This document shows, piece by piece, positions 39,045-48,030 of a DNA stretch of 64,000 nucleotides (positions within the stretch are counted from its first letter, which is position 1; each line of letters opens with the position of its first letter). The stretch lies in the IMG/VR virus record IMGVR_UViG_3300032087_002755; one strand, 5' to 3'. The notes under the pieces are model-generated. The model searched no databases. It was not told the DNA's origin and saw only the letters and a list, made by a program, of their open reading frames with translations. Source of the stretch: a virus. The translations under genes were made by a program, and so were the position numbers.

Positions 39045-40295
39045 ATGGATAAAAGAAGTTACGATAGAAGTGAATCGATTGACGTGATGGGAAAACCGTT
39101 TCACTATACACCCGATAGGAAGGAATTCTTAGATGCATTGCAATCTAAGTATCCGAATCAATCGGTTTTTACTAAAGAAGAAATTGACAATACTGGGACA
39201 TTCCCGTATTGGGTGAAATCTTCTAGGTACAATTTTAGAGACAATGGTGTCTTTAATCTTACCCAAGTTATCGGTGGATACAACGGTGGATATTCTGAAT
39301 CTGCAGTAGTTCCTCCTGTAACGTCAGCACCTCAAGTGGTTGCAGTTGCACCACCAGTTGCTCCACAAAACATGCCTGTTGCAGCTGCAACTGAGTCTGT
39401 TAATATAAATGATAATGTAAAAATCATTCCCGAGAAAATGTCTAACTATGTTCCTTTTGGACACTTCAAAGATGTCAAGAACATAATCAAGTCTAAAATC
39501 TTCTTTCCAGTATTTGTTACTGGTTTGAGTGGTAATGGTAAAACATTAATGATTGAACAAACTTGTGCTCAATTGAAGAGAGAACTCTTCAGAGTTAACA
39601 TTACAATCGAGACTGATGAGGACGACCTAATGGGTGGTCACACTTTAGTCAATGGTAATGTCGTCTTCAGAGAAGGCCCTGTTATCAAAGCTATGAGAAA
39701 AGGTGCCGTGTTACTTCTTGACGAAGTTGACTTAGGTTCTAACAAACTTATGTGTCTACAATCAGTTCTTGAGGGTAAAGGATACCTAATCAAGAAAACT
39801 GGTGAGTGGGTTTCACCTAAAGAAGGTTTCACCATTCTTGCTACTGCAAACACTAAAGGACAAGGTTCTGATGATGGAAAGTTCATAGGAACTCAAATCA
39901 TGAATGAAGCCATGTTGGAAAGGTTTGCAATCACAATGCAACAAGAATACCCACCAGTGACAACTGAAAGGTCTATTCTTAAAAAAGAAATGGAGTTAAC
40001 TGGTGAAGTTGACGAAGAGTTTTGTGTCAAACTAGTAGATTGGGCAGACATAATCAGAAAAACCTACTATGAAGGTGCGATTGATGATGTTATCACTACT
40101 AGAAGACTGGTTCACATTGTGAATGCATACAGAATGTTCAATGACAAATTGAAGTCAATAACAATGTGTATTTCAAGATTTGACGAAGAGACTAGAAATA
40201 GTATCCTCGACCTCTACTCCAAGATTGATGCTGGAGTAGACTTGAATGCAGAAAACCCAGTTGACGAAACTGGGTCTTCAGAGTATAATGACTAG
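39045..40295 (+). CDS. CobS-like MoxR-type AAA+ ATPase
   Basis: GLSGNGKT, LLLDEVD, ATANTKG, 'NEAMLERF', 'TRRLVH'. Confidence 0.9.
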   Translation: MDKRSYDRSESIDVMGKPFHYTPDRKEFLDALQSKYPNQSVFTKEEIDNTGTFPYWVKSSRYNFRDNGVFNLTQVIGGYNGGYSESAVVPPVTSAPQVVAVAPPVAPQNMPVAAATESVNINDNVKIIPEKMSNYVPFGHFKDVKNIIKSKIFFPVFVTGLSGNGKTLMIEQTCAQLKRELFRVNITIETDEDDLMGGHTLVNGNVVFREGPVIKAMRKGAVLLLDEVDLGSNKLMCLQSVLEGKGYLIKKTGEWVSPKEGFTILATANTKGQGSDDGKFIGTQIMNEAMLERFAITMQQEYPPVTTERSILKKEMELTGEVDEEFCVKLVDWADIIRKTYYEGAIDDVITTRRLVHIVNAYRMFNDKLKSITMCISRFDEETRNSILDLYSKIDAGVDLNAENPVDETGSSEYND

Positions 40296-40296
40296 T

Positions 40297-40602
40297 ATGG
40301 GTTTATTTAACAAGTCTAAGAAGATAGACTACAAATATAACGAGGGAGAACTCTTAAAGGAGTTCTCTCAGTATATTGATAAAACCTATGACCAACATTA
40401 TAGTTTAAACAAATACCAGTCCACTGAATTTATAATTGACAGTGGTCATGGTGAAGGATTTTGTATCGGGAATATACTAAAGTATGCCCAAAGATACGGA
40501 AAAAAAGATGGGAAGAATCGTGCAGATATACTTAAAGTATTACACTATGCACTTTTCATGCTACATGTTCACGACAAAGCAAATAAGGAGGCTAACAAGT
40601 GA
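40297..40602 (+). CDS. DUF3310-like conserved phage protein
   Basis: 'HY...Q..EFI...GFCIGNILKYAQRYGKKDG...DILKVLHY'. The start is placed after the promoter TTGACG(40261)-N17-TATAAT. Confidence 0.7.
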   Translation: MGLFNKSKKIDYKYNEGELLKEFSQYIDKTYDQHYSLNKYQSTEFIIDSGHGEGFCIGNILKYAQRYGKKDGKNRADILKVLHYALFMLHVHDKANKEANK

Positions 40603-41267
40603 TGAAAATAAGTAATGATACGAGAGATATCTTTAAAAATTTCTCAACAATAAACCAAGGGATAAAGGTTTCAAGTGGTAATACACTTCAGACAATCTCT
40701 AATATGAAAAACATTCTTGCAGTTGCAACTGTATCTGAGGAATTTCCTCAAGATTTCAGTATCTACAATCTGCCTGAATTCTTAGGTGCAACCAGTTTAC
40801 TGGACGACCCCGACTTTCAATTTGGTGATGCAAGTTTAACAATTGCAGACAACAATTCAAGTCTTGCATATTTCTATGCAAGTGAAGGTATGGTGACTTC
40901 ACCCGAGAAAATGATAACAATGCCTGATGCAGAGATTGGTTTTGATATCTCTTCTACACTTCTAAACGAGTTGCAGAAAGCAGCGAGTGTTCTAGGTGTG
41001 GGTGATTTAGTTCTTAAATCAGACGGTTCTACTATCACGTTGCAAGTGACTGATAAGAAGAATGCAACTTCAAACACATTCTCAAGAATCGTGGGTGAAG
41101 GAAACGGTGTCTCATATACCATGAACTTTAAGATTGAGAACCTTAAAGTCTTAGACGGAAACTATGAAGTCTTAGTTTCGTCAAAAGGAATCTCACACTT
41201 TAAAAACAAAGATGTGGATTTAGAATATTTTATTGCATTGGAGCCTGATAGCAAATACAATGTTTAA
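40599..41267 (+). CDS. gp45: Sliding clamp gp45
   Basis: 'KNFSTINQ.I', 'IYNLPEFL', 'Y.IALEPDS'. Confidence 0.93.
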   Translation: MMKISNDTRDIFKNFSTINQGIKVSSGNTLQTISNMKNILAVATVSEEFPQDFSIYNLPEFLGATSLLDDPDFQFGDASLTIADNNSSLAYFYASEGMVTSPEKMITMPDAEIGFDISSTLLNELQKAASVLGVGDLVLKSDGSTITLQVTDKKNATSNTFSRIVGEGNGVSYTMNFKIENLKVLDGNYEVLVSSKGISHFKNKDVDLEYFIALEPDSKYNV

Positions 41268-41385
41268 CCTATATAATAGTGTAGGTATTGTGCTAGTCTC
41301 TGCAATGCATACGGGACATAAGACATCTCATCAATCTTCAAGGGTTCTTATGACAGTTAATTCGGAGGGGTTTTAACTTCTTATT

Positions 41386-42333
41386 ATGAAACAAGAGTTT
41401 TTATTTGTAGAAAAGTATCGTCCTCAAACAATTGAGGACACGATACTACCCGAAGGTATCAAAAATACTTTTAGGGAATTCGTGAAACAAGGTGAGATTC
41501 CAAATCTCATGTTATGTGGTTCTGCTGGTGTTGGTAAAACAACTATTGCAAAAGCACTTTGTAACGAAATGAATGCAGACTTTATTGTAATCAACGGTTC
41601 AGACGAAGGGAGATTGATTGATACTCTCAGAACCAAAATCAAAAACTTTGCATCTACAGTATCACTCAGTGGTGGTGCAAAGGTAGTCATTCTAGACGAA
41701 GCAGACTACATAAGTGCAGATAGTGTTCAGCCTGCATTGAGAAACTTCATAGAGGAGTTCTCAAGTAACTGTAGGTTTATCTTTACTTGTAATTACAAGA
41801 ATAGGATTATCAAACCACTACATTCACGAACCACTGTTATAGATTTCAAAATGAGACCCAGTGATAAACAACAACTTGCTGGTGTCTTCCTTCAAAGACT
41901 CAAAGAGATATGTGAAACAGAGAACATACAATATGACGAGAAGGTATTGGTTGAACTTATACTAAAGTTCTTCCCCGATTTCAGAAGGTGTATTAATGAG
42001 GTACAACGTTATGGTGTTGGTGGTGTAATAGACACTGGTCTTATTGCAACACTCGCTGAAGAGAAACTAACACCTCTCATTGATATGATGAGAGACAAGA
42101 ACTGGACTGGAATGAGAAAATGGGTTGCACAAAACTCAGACAATGATTTCGATTCCTTGTTCAGAAAAGTTTTCAATTCACTTGAACAAAGACTAGAATC
42201 TACTAGTATTCCAGCAAGTGTTTTGATTATTGCAGATTATCAATATAAATCTGCGTTTGCAATGGATAGTGAAATCAATTTCGTTGCATGTTTAACTGAA
42301 ATCATGTCGGAGTGTAAATTCAAAAATGGGTAA
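41386..42333 (+). CDS. gp44: Clamp loader large subunit gp44
   Basis: EKYRP, GSAGVGKT, ILDEAD, 'PLHSR', 'PDFRR.INE.QRY'. Confidence 0.96.
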   Translation: MKQEFLFVEKYRPQTIEDTILPEGIKNTFREFVKQGEIPNLMLCGSAGVGKTTIAKALCNEMNADFIVINGSDEGRLIDTLRTKIKNFASTVSLSGGAKVVILDEADYISADSVQPALRNFIEEFSSNCRFIFTCNYKNRIIKPLHSRTTVIDFKMRPSDKQQLAGVFLQRLKEICETENIQYDEKVLVELILKFFPDFRRCINEVQRYGVGGVIDTGLIATLAEEKLTPLIDMMRDKNWTGMRKWVAQNSDNDFDSLFRKVFNSLEQRLESTSIPASVLIIADYQYKSAFAMDSEINFVACLTEIMSECKFKNG

Positions 42334-42451
42334 ACTCAGACAATGGTTTCGTAATTGGTTTGATAAAGCAATCGAAAGGTCTATGCAAAGACAGGCAAAT
42401 AGATTGTTTGACAAGTCAAGGATTAAGTATAGAGATGGAGATAACACATGA
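42326..42451 (+). CDS. Small basic amphipathic protein, 41 aa (not in ORF track)
   Basis: MGKLRQWFRNWFDKAIERSMQRQANRLF... fills the gap and has an ATGA overlap with the next gene. Confidence 0.55.
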   Translation: MGKLRQWFRNWFDKAIERSMQRQANRLFDKSRIKYRDGDNT

Positions 42452-42717
42452 CACAATATGACAATAGAGTTCAATACCAAAGAGATTTGATTGCAGCTGA
42501 AGAATGGTCTAAGACTGTTAAATCAGTTCATGCACATTCACTTAGTTCAATGTGGTATGACACTAGACCCGAAGATACTGCAGATGGTAAATCTGTTTTA
42601 GATGTCCAATATAATAGTGAAATCATTAGAAGAACAACTTCAGACGGTGAAACAGTTATATTTGGAACACCATTGAAAGGTCAAGAACTTGTAGATTCAT
42701 ACATAAGACATAACTAA
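42448..42717 (+). CDS. Hypothetical protein
   Basis: GGAG RBS; coupled to both neighbours. Confidence 0.6.
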   Translation: MTQYDNRVQYQRDLIAAEEWSKTVKSVHAHSLSSMWYDTRPEDTADGKSVLDVQYNSEIIRRTTSDGETVIFGTPLKGQELVDSYIRHN

Positions 42718-43109
42718 TGTCTAAACGAAATCCATTCGATTTTGTAAAGTCGGTCTCTTACGACAAAAAAGACCTCATGGTTGATGAGGTCGAAGAGAAA
42801 TCATATCAACCATTCCTAATAAACAAAGCATTATCTTATCACCAAGATTCTGTTTTTCTTACTAACGAAATGAATACTAGACACGGGTTAGACAACCGTC
42901 TTCAGTATGTCTTTTTCCTAAATACTCTAAGGAAAAGACAAAGATTTTCCAAATGGAGTAAACCTTACGTTAGTAAAAAACTCGATATAATTAAAGAGTA
43001 TTATCAGATATCAACTAGAGAGGCAAAAGAATATGCAACTTTACTATCTGAAAAACAATATCGTGAATTGAAAAATAGAATGACCACTGGTGGTAAAGAT
43101 AATGGATAA
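42717..43109 (+). CDS. gp62: Clamp loader small subunit gp62
   Basis: 'Y.PFLIN.ALS...D', 'NEMN', 'LRKR.RFSKW', 'KEYY'. Confidence 0.92.
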   Translation: MSKRNPFDFVKSVSYDKKDLMVDEVEEKSYQPFLINKALSYHQDSVFLTNEMNTRHGLDNRLQYVFFLNTLRKRQRFSKWSKPYVSKKLDIIKEYYQISTREAKEYATLLSEKQYRELKNRMTTGGKDNG

Positions 43110-43512
43110 CCAAGAAGACATAGTAAAAGACTTAGTAGAAGTCACATTCCCCGAAAAAGACGATTTCCTAAAGATACGTGAAACACTATCTAGAATAGGT
43201 GTTGCATCAAGAAAAGACAAAGAACTATTTCAGTCATGTCATATCTTACACAAACGTGGTAAGTATTATATCACTCATTTCAAAGAACTATTCAAACTAG
43301 ACGGTAAGCCGTCCAACTTAGACGAGTCAGATATTGCAAGAAGGAACACTATAGTGTCACTTTTAGAACAATGGAAACTAGTTTCAGTTGTCAATAAACA
43401 ACAAATAGAAGAACCAAAAGCACCCCTAAGTCAGATAAAAATCATTCCATTTAGAGAGAAATCCGAATGGAAATTGACCACAAAATACTCAATCGGTTCT
43501 CAAAATAACTAA
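43102..43512 (+). CDS. regA: Translational repressor RegA
   Basis: 'DDFLKIRETLSRIGVAS', 'QSCHILHKRGKYYITHFKELF.LDG'. Confidence 0.96.
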   Translation: MDNQEDIVKDLVEVTFPEKDDFLKIRETLSRIGVASRKDKELFQSCHILHKRGKYYITHFKELFKLDGKPSNLDESDIARRNTIVSLLEQWKLVSVVNKQQIEEPKAPLSQIKIIPFREKSEWKLTTKYSIGSQNN

Positions 43513-43541
43513 ATACCACTGTTATAAATAAATCATAACAA

Positions 43542-43760
43542 ATGGAGGATACTATGTTCGCAGGAATAATAGATTTCATTATGGGAATTTGGAATTTACT
43601 AATGGTAATTCCAGTCGTAATATCGATTTGTAGTGTTATTGTCGCTTTGACACCTACACCACATGATGATAAGATATGGGCCAAGGTATACAAATACCTA
43701 GAAGTCCTTGCATTAGCAATTGGTAAAGCAAAGGATAAAAATCCATTGTTAGATAAATAA
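43542..43760 (+). CDS. Small membrane protein (holin-like?)
   Basis: Late box at 43523, GGAGG RBS, hydrophobic helix followed by 'LTPTP.DD'. Confidence 0.55.
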   Translation: MEDTMFAGIIDFIMGIWNLLMVIPVVISICSVIVALTPTPHDDKIWAKVYKYLEVLALAIGKAKDKNPLLDK

Positions 43761-43776
43761 ATCGAGGTAATACTTT

Positions 43777-44013
43777 ATGGAAATTATAATTGGAATTATT
43801 GTTATAGTTGGATTAGTTTGGTTTTTCAATAAGGATAAGGATTCGAAAGTCTCGAAACCAGCTCCTGCTCCTCAACCTAAGAAACCTAGTGTTGCAGAAT
43901 TGAAGAAGTTAACTAAGAATCAACTCTTAGAAATGGCAGATAAGAAGAGTCTTAAAGTCAAAAAGAGTGGTTCAAAAGCAGCTGTAATCAATGAATTACG
44001 TGACCAGTTATAA
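43777..44013 (+). CDS. Membrane-anchored protein with C-terminal Rho-N/HeH-like helical motif
   Basis: N-terminal TM, Pro/Lys linker, 'LKKLTKNQLLEMA...L.V.....KAAVI..L'. Confidence 0.6.
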   Translation: MEIIIGIIVIVGLVWFFNKDKDSKVSKPAPAPQPKKPSVAELKKLTKNQLLEMADKKSLKVKKSGSKAAVINELRDQL

Positions 44014-44033
44014 ACTGAAACGTGATTGATAAA

Positions 44034-44057
44034 GAGGGGTCTATCGACCCCTTTTTT
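44034..44057 (+). terminator. Rho-independent terminator
   Basis: GAGGGGTC-TATC-GACCCCTT plus T-run. Confidence 0.8.
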
Positions 44058-44078
44058 GTGCGCAGACAATTTTAAAAG

Positions 44079-44086
44079 TATAAATA
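44079..44086 (+). promoter_or_regulatory. Late promoter heading the curli/cyclase operon
   Basis: TATAAATA 5 nt before ATG 44092. Confidence 0.8.
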
Positions 44087-44091
44087 AAGGT

Positions 44092-44385
44092 ATGGATATA
44101 TTTGCATTGATAAGTGAAGTGGGAGCTCCAATTGCTGGAAGTCTAGTAATGGGATTCTTTATCTTTACAGTTATCAAACAAATACTTGAAGGTGTTGTTG
44201 ATTCTATCAAAACCCTCACCATGTTTTGTAAGAGTTTAGAGAACAGAGCAAGAACAATGTCTAACGAAATGATTAAGATAGATATGTTAGTGTCAAGTGC
44301 TTTAGAACTCAGACCCGATATAGAGAGAATTGCACGTGCAGAGAACTTTATAGAAGACGGGAAACTAGACGTGAGAAGGGACTAG
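44092..44385 (+). CDS. TM plus coiled-coil protein (YvrJ/BhlA-like N-terminus)
   Basis: 'LISEVGAPIA...FFIF'. Start revised to 44092. Confidence 0.6.
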   Translation: MDIFALISEVGAPIAGSLVMGFFIFTVIKQILEGVVDSIKTLTMFCKSLENRARTMSNEMIKIDMLVSSALELRPDIERIARAENFIEDGKLDVRRD

Positions 44386-44666
44386 TGGAAAATATAGCAC
44401 AACTTATATCTGATTATGGATTTCCAATCGTAATGATGGTTGGACTTGGATATTTCGTATATTACGTATGGTGGTTTGTGGGTGAACAATTAGAACCCGA
44501 AATCGAAAAACAACATTTTGCATTGATAAAAGTGATTGACCAAGTACGAATGTTAGACCAAGACTTGATTCGTCTACAACAAAAAGTAGACGTGGTTCTT
44601 GAATATAAAGAGAACCAAAAGAAAAAGGGAAACATAACAGATGATAAAGCCGATAGTAATAATTAG
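44385..44666 (+). CDS. TM plus coiled-coil protein, paralogue of the upstream gene
   Basis: 'LISDYGFPIV...YFVYY'. GTG start overlaps the upstream stop. Confidence 0.6.
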   Translation: MENIAQLISDYGFPIVMMVGLGYFVYYVWWFVGEQLEPEIEKQHFALIKVIDQVRMLDQDLIRLQQKVDVVLEYKENQKKKGNITDDKADSNN

Positions 44667-45099
44667 TATTTGTTTTGCACTTAGTGTAAGTGCAGATGAA
44701 ATAGTTCACAAATTCAAAAGTCCTTCCTTCAGTGGAATAGGACAATCATCACATTATCTTACCATTGAGAACCAAGAGAAATCAAGACGTGATAAGATAG
44801 CACAAGACGTAGAAGACAGAATTGCAAAGGCAGAGAGAGACGCTAATAACACTACACTTGCCAAATTTTTAAGAAATGTCGAGAGCAGAATTTATGCTCA
44901 GATAGCAAAACAGTTAGTAGAAAATATGTTCTCTAACGGAGAAGCTGCACAATTCGGTTCCTTCACTATTGAAGGTAATACAGTCACATATGAAAAGATA
45001 ACACTAGACGATGGTGTAGAAGTTATCAGATTAACAATTGTATCCGATGACGGAACAACAACAACATTAGATATACCAGTTGCAACGGGAAGTTTCTAA
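44641..45099 (+). CDS. csgF: Curli assembly component CsgF-like
   Basis: Signal peptide, then 'EIVHKFKSPSFSG.G...HYLTIENQE', similar to the CsgF N-terminal NPSFGG segment. Adjacent to csgG. Confidence 0.8.
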   Translation: MIKPIVIISICFALSVSADEIVHKFKSPSFSGIGQSSHYLTIENQEKSRRDKIAQDVEDRIAKAERDANNTTLAKFLRNVESRIYAQIAKQLVENMFSNGEAAQFGSFTIEGNTVTYEKITLDDGVEVIRLTIVSDDGTTTTLDIPVATGSF

Positions 45100-46053
45100 A
45101 TGAACAGAATTGGACTAGTAGGACTCACGGTAGTCTTGTTCACTACAGGGTGTGCAAGTGTTCCTTCTATGACAGATAGTTGCACCTCTACAGTTATGGA
45201 AAGGGTGGGTTCTTGTATTGAAGAAGCACAAGTAGTGAAGATACCTACTTATCAAGAACTTGCAGAATTACCACCTGCTGAAACAATGCCTATCGTTGCA
45301 GTCTATGGTTTCCTAGATAAGACAGGACAAAGGAAGAGAATGGACGGAGTTGCCTCCTTCTCAACTGCAGTGACCCAAGGTGCAGAAGCATATTTAATTG
45401 ATGCACTTAAATCTGCAAGTGGTGGAAAATGGTTTAGGGTTGTAGAACGAACAAATTTAGATGCACTCGTAAGAGAACGACAAATCATACGTAGTGCTAG
45501 AGAAGACTTTGCAAATCAAGAAGGTAATGAGGATTCCCCAACAGGAATTCAACCACTTCTATTTGCTGGAATCCTACTTGACGGTGGGGTTATTGGTTAT
45601 GATACCAACATTGAAAGTGGAGGCCGAGGTGCAAGAACATTGGGCATCGGTGCTTCGAACTCTTATAGAAGAGATGTTGTGACTGTAAGTTTAAGAGGGG
45701 TCTCTACACTTACAGGTGAAATTTTACTTAATGTACAAACTACCAAAACGATTCTATCGACTGGTGGGGGGTATGACGTGTTTAAATTTCTAGACATGGA
45801 TACCCAATTAGTGGAAGTTGAAGACGGAGTTGCAACAAACGAAGGAGTATCGAAAGCTACTCGTTCTGCAATTGAACTTGCGGTCTTAGAATTAATAAAA
45901 CAAGGTGACGAAAGGGGATTTTGGAAGATAAATTGGCCGATAACTGAATCGAAAATAAAAGAGGAAGTGTCAGACTTTTTAGACGAAAATGAAATTGTCT
46001 TAGTTACAGAGGGAAAAACAAATGAAGAAAATAGAATATTCAATAAAGAATAA
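45100..46053 (+). CDS. csgG: Curli secretion channel lipoprotein CsgG
   Basis: Lipobox TTGC, 'VAVY.F.DKTGQRK', 'STAVTQGA', 'WFRVVER..LD.L..ERQIIR', 'GG.IGYDTN..SGG.GA'. Confidence 0.92.
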   Translation: MNRIGLVGLTVVLFTTGCASVPSMTDSCTSTVMERVGSCIEEAQVVKIPTYQELAELPPAETMPIVAVYGFLDKTGQRKRMDGVASFSTAVTQGAEAYLIDALKSASGGKWFRVVERTNLDALVRERQIIRSAREDFANQEGNEDSPTGIQPLLFAGILLDGGVIGYDTNIESGGRGARTLGIGASNSYRRDVVTVSLRGVSTLTGEILLNVQTTKTILSTGGGYDVFKFLDMDTQLVEVEDGVATNEGVSKATRSAIELAVLELIKQGDERGFWKINWPITESKIKEEVSDFLDENEIVLVTEGKTNEENRIFNKE

Positions 46054-46771
46054 ACTTCTTTTATTATGTTTATCATTAGGGTTAACTGGTTTCGTAACTG
46101 CAGCTGCAGATGATAACGAGATATGGTTACAACAGTCGGGTGACAATCTAACATTAGATTTCACTCAAAAAGGTTATGGAAACAAAGTTGGTGGAGATGA
46201 CTTTTCAAGTTCAGCAATTGACATGATTTTGACTGGTGGAACTAACAGTTTTACATTATTGCAAGATGGTGATGCTAACAAACTATACGGGCCTTTTATT
46301 GCAGATAACTCAACAGTAGATTTAACTTTCACTGGTGATTCAAATTCAATGGACTGGAACGTAGGATATGTTGGAAGTGCAGATAACTTAAACATGTTAG
46401 GAACTATTACAGGTTCATCAAACACATTTGATATTGATGTCGGATATGATGCATCTGCAGAATATCTTAACTGGGATTTATCACTCAGTGGTTCATCAAA
46501 TGTATTCACTACAAAAATAGACAGTGATAATGCTGTTTGGAATTGGACTATTACTGGTTCATCTAACGACATTAACACAAACCAATCTGATGCATCTGAT
46601 AATAGTATCACTGCAACTTTAACTGGTTCTACCAATGACATCGACATCATTCAAAAGAGTGGTTCAGATGCTGGGTGTCCTTCGGGGTCACTATGTAGTG
46701 GTATTATTGATGTATCTTTCGTGACTTCTAATGCAGATATTGACATCGTACAAAAAGACTCTGCTGATTAA
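46022..46771 (+). CDS. Secreted curlin-like beta-solenoid protein
   Basis: Signal peptide and repeated (Q/T/S)-G-x-x-N units about every 23 aa, inside the csg operon. Confidence 0.65.
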   Translation: MKKIEYSIKNKLLLLCLSLGLTGFVTAAADDNEIWLQQSGDNLTLDFTQKGYGNKVGGDDFSSSAIDMILTGGTNSFTLLQDGDANKLYGPFIADNSTVDLTFTGDSNSMDWNVGYVGSADNLNMLGTITGSSNTFDIDVGYDASAEYLNWDLSLSGSSNVFTTKIDSDNAVWNWTITGSSNDINTNQSDASDNSITATLTGSTNDIDIIQKSGSDAGCPSGSLCSGIIDVSFVTSNADIDIVQKDSAD

Positions 46772-47867
46772 TATTTTACTTATTGGTTCACTTCAAGGTG
46801 AACCGATAGGTGAGATAACAGAATATAAAGGGTATGCAGGCCTGCAAAGGGACGGAGAGAATTCCGTTGTCCTTGCAGATAGTGAACCCGAAGTGTTGAT
46901 GTATGATACAGCACAAACTCAGAATGGGAGAATGAAAATACAGTTTCTTGGAGACGAGGAATTGGATTTAACAGAACACTCCAAGGTTTGGATAGACGAG
47001 GTCTACTATGACCCCGACCCTTCCAAATCTAAAATGGCCATACGAATGGCACAAGGCACCGCTCGATTTGCTTCGGGATTCGGTGGTAAGATAAAAAAAA
47101 GTAATATCAAAGTGTCCACACCCACAGCACAAATCGCTGTGGTTGGAACTGATTTCACTACAAGTATAGATGAAATCGGAAGGTCTCTTGTTATACTATT
47201 GCCTGATAAATGGGGTAACCCTTCGGGTAAAATTATCGTAAGTAACGCAGGTGGAAGTGTAACACTAGAAGAAGCCTATCAAGCAACTATGGTTTCTACA
47301 TTTGATGATTCACCGACTAAACCAGTAACAGTCAGTGGAATAAGTGTAGGAATGATTGATAATATGTTTATTGTCAATCCACCCGAGGAGGTGCAAGACC
47401 AAATTGCAGAAGAATCGTCTAACAACGAAAATGATAGTAGTAACATACTGGACGTGGACTTTTTAGAGTTCAATGATTTAGAAGAAGATTATTTTGAAGA
47501 TGACGAATTAGAATATACAGAACTCGATAGAGACTTATTAGATATCGATTTCTTACAGGATTTACTAGACGTAGTTTTAGATATTGACCGAAAGGTTGGT
47601 ATTGATGTAGAGAGAAAGGCAGACGCTTTTTCTGTTGCAAGAATAGAAGGAACTGCGTTTGGGTTTGACAAGGACACTCAATACAATACAATTGTTGACA
47701 AGGGTCTTGGTCAAATTTGGTTCTACAGGGAAGTTAATGGAATTATATCCATTAAAATACCAATCTATGCACAAGCAACGATTAGAACCACTACAGACGA
47801 AAAAGGTTCACTAATTAAAGTGGGTGATGGTTCGTCTATAAATATTACCATTACACAAACAAACTAG
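46731..47867 (+). CDS. FecR-domain protein with acidic C-terminal region
   Basis: 'D...T..GRM.I.F.....L.L.E.S.V.I' and 'V.TPTA.IAVVGTDF' FecR motifs. Confidence 0.8.
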   Translation: MQILTSYKKTLLINILLIGSLQGEPIGEITEYKGYAGLQRDGENSVVLADSEPEVLMYDTAQTQNGRMKIQFLGDEELDLTEHSKVWIDEVYYDPDPSKSKMAIRMAQGTARFASGFGGKIKKSNIKVSTPTAQIAVVGTDFTTSIDEIGRSLVILLPDKWGNPSGKIIVSNAGGSVTLEEAYQATMVSTFDDSPTKPVTVSGISVGMIDNMFIVNPPEEVQDQIAEESSNNENDSSNILDVDFLEFNDLEEDYFEDDELEYTELDRDLLDIDFLQDLLDVVLDIDRKVGIDVERKADAFSVARIEGTAFGFDKDTQYNTIVDKGLGQIWFYREVNGIISIKIPIYAQATIRTTTDEKGSLIKVGDGSSINITITQTN

Positions 47868-47875
47868 GAGATTAT

Positions 47876-48025
47876 ATGAATAGTATGTTAGAAAAACTTC
47901 GTAATTGGCACGAATTCCAAATTGACGGATTTCGAGATGCACTGAGACTAGACGATTACCATATGTTATGGTTATCATTCCTCAAGGGAGTAGTATTTAC
48001 ATTATTATTTTTATGGTTAATATAA
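47876..48025 (+). CDS. Small membrane protein, 49 aa (not in ORF track)
   Basis: AGGAG RBS, internal late box TATAAATA at 47837, C-terminal hydrophobic helix. Confidence 0.6.
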   Translation: MNSMLEKLRNWHEFQIDGFRDALRLDDYHMLWLSFLKGVVFTLLFLWLI

Positions 48026-48030
48026 GTTAA

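Noticed and set aside
36151-40295. cobS/cobT as cobalamin biosynthesis genes
   Set aside because: No cobN or other cob genes are seen. The phage family is a MoxR/VWA pair, so no gene symbol was assigned.
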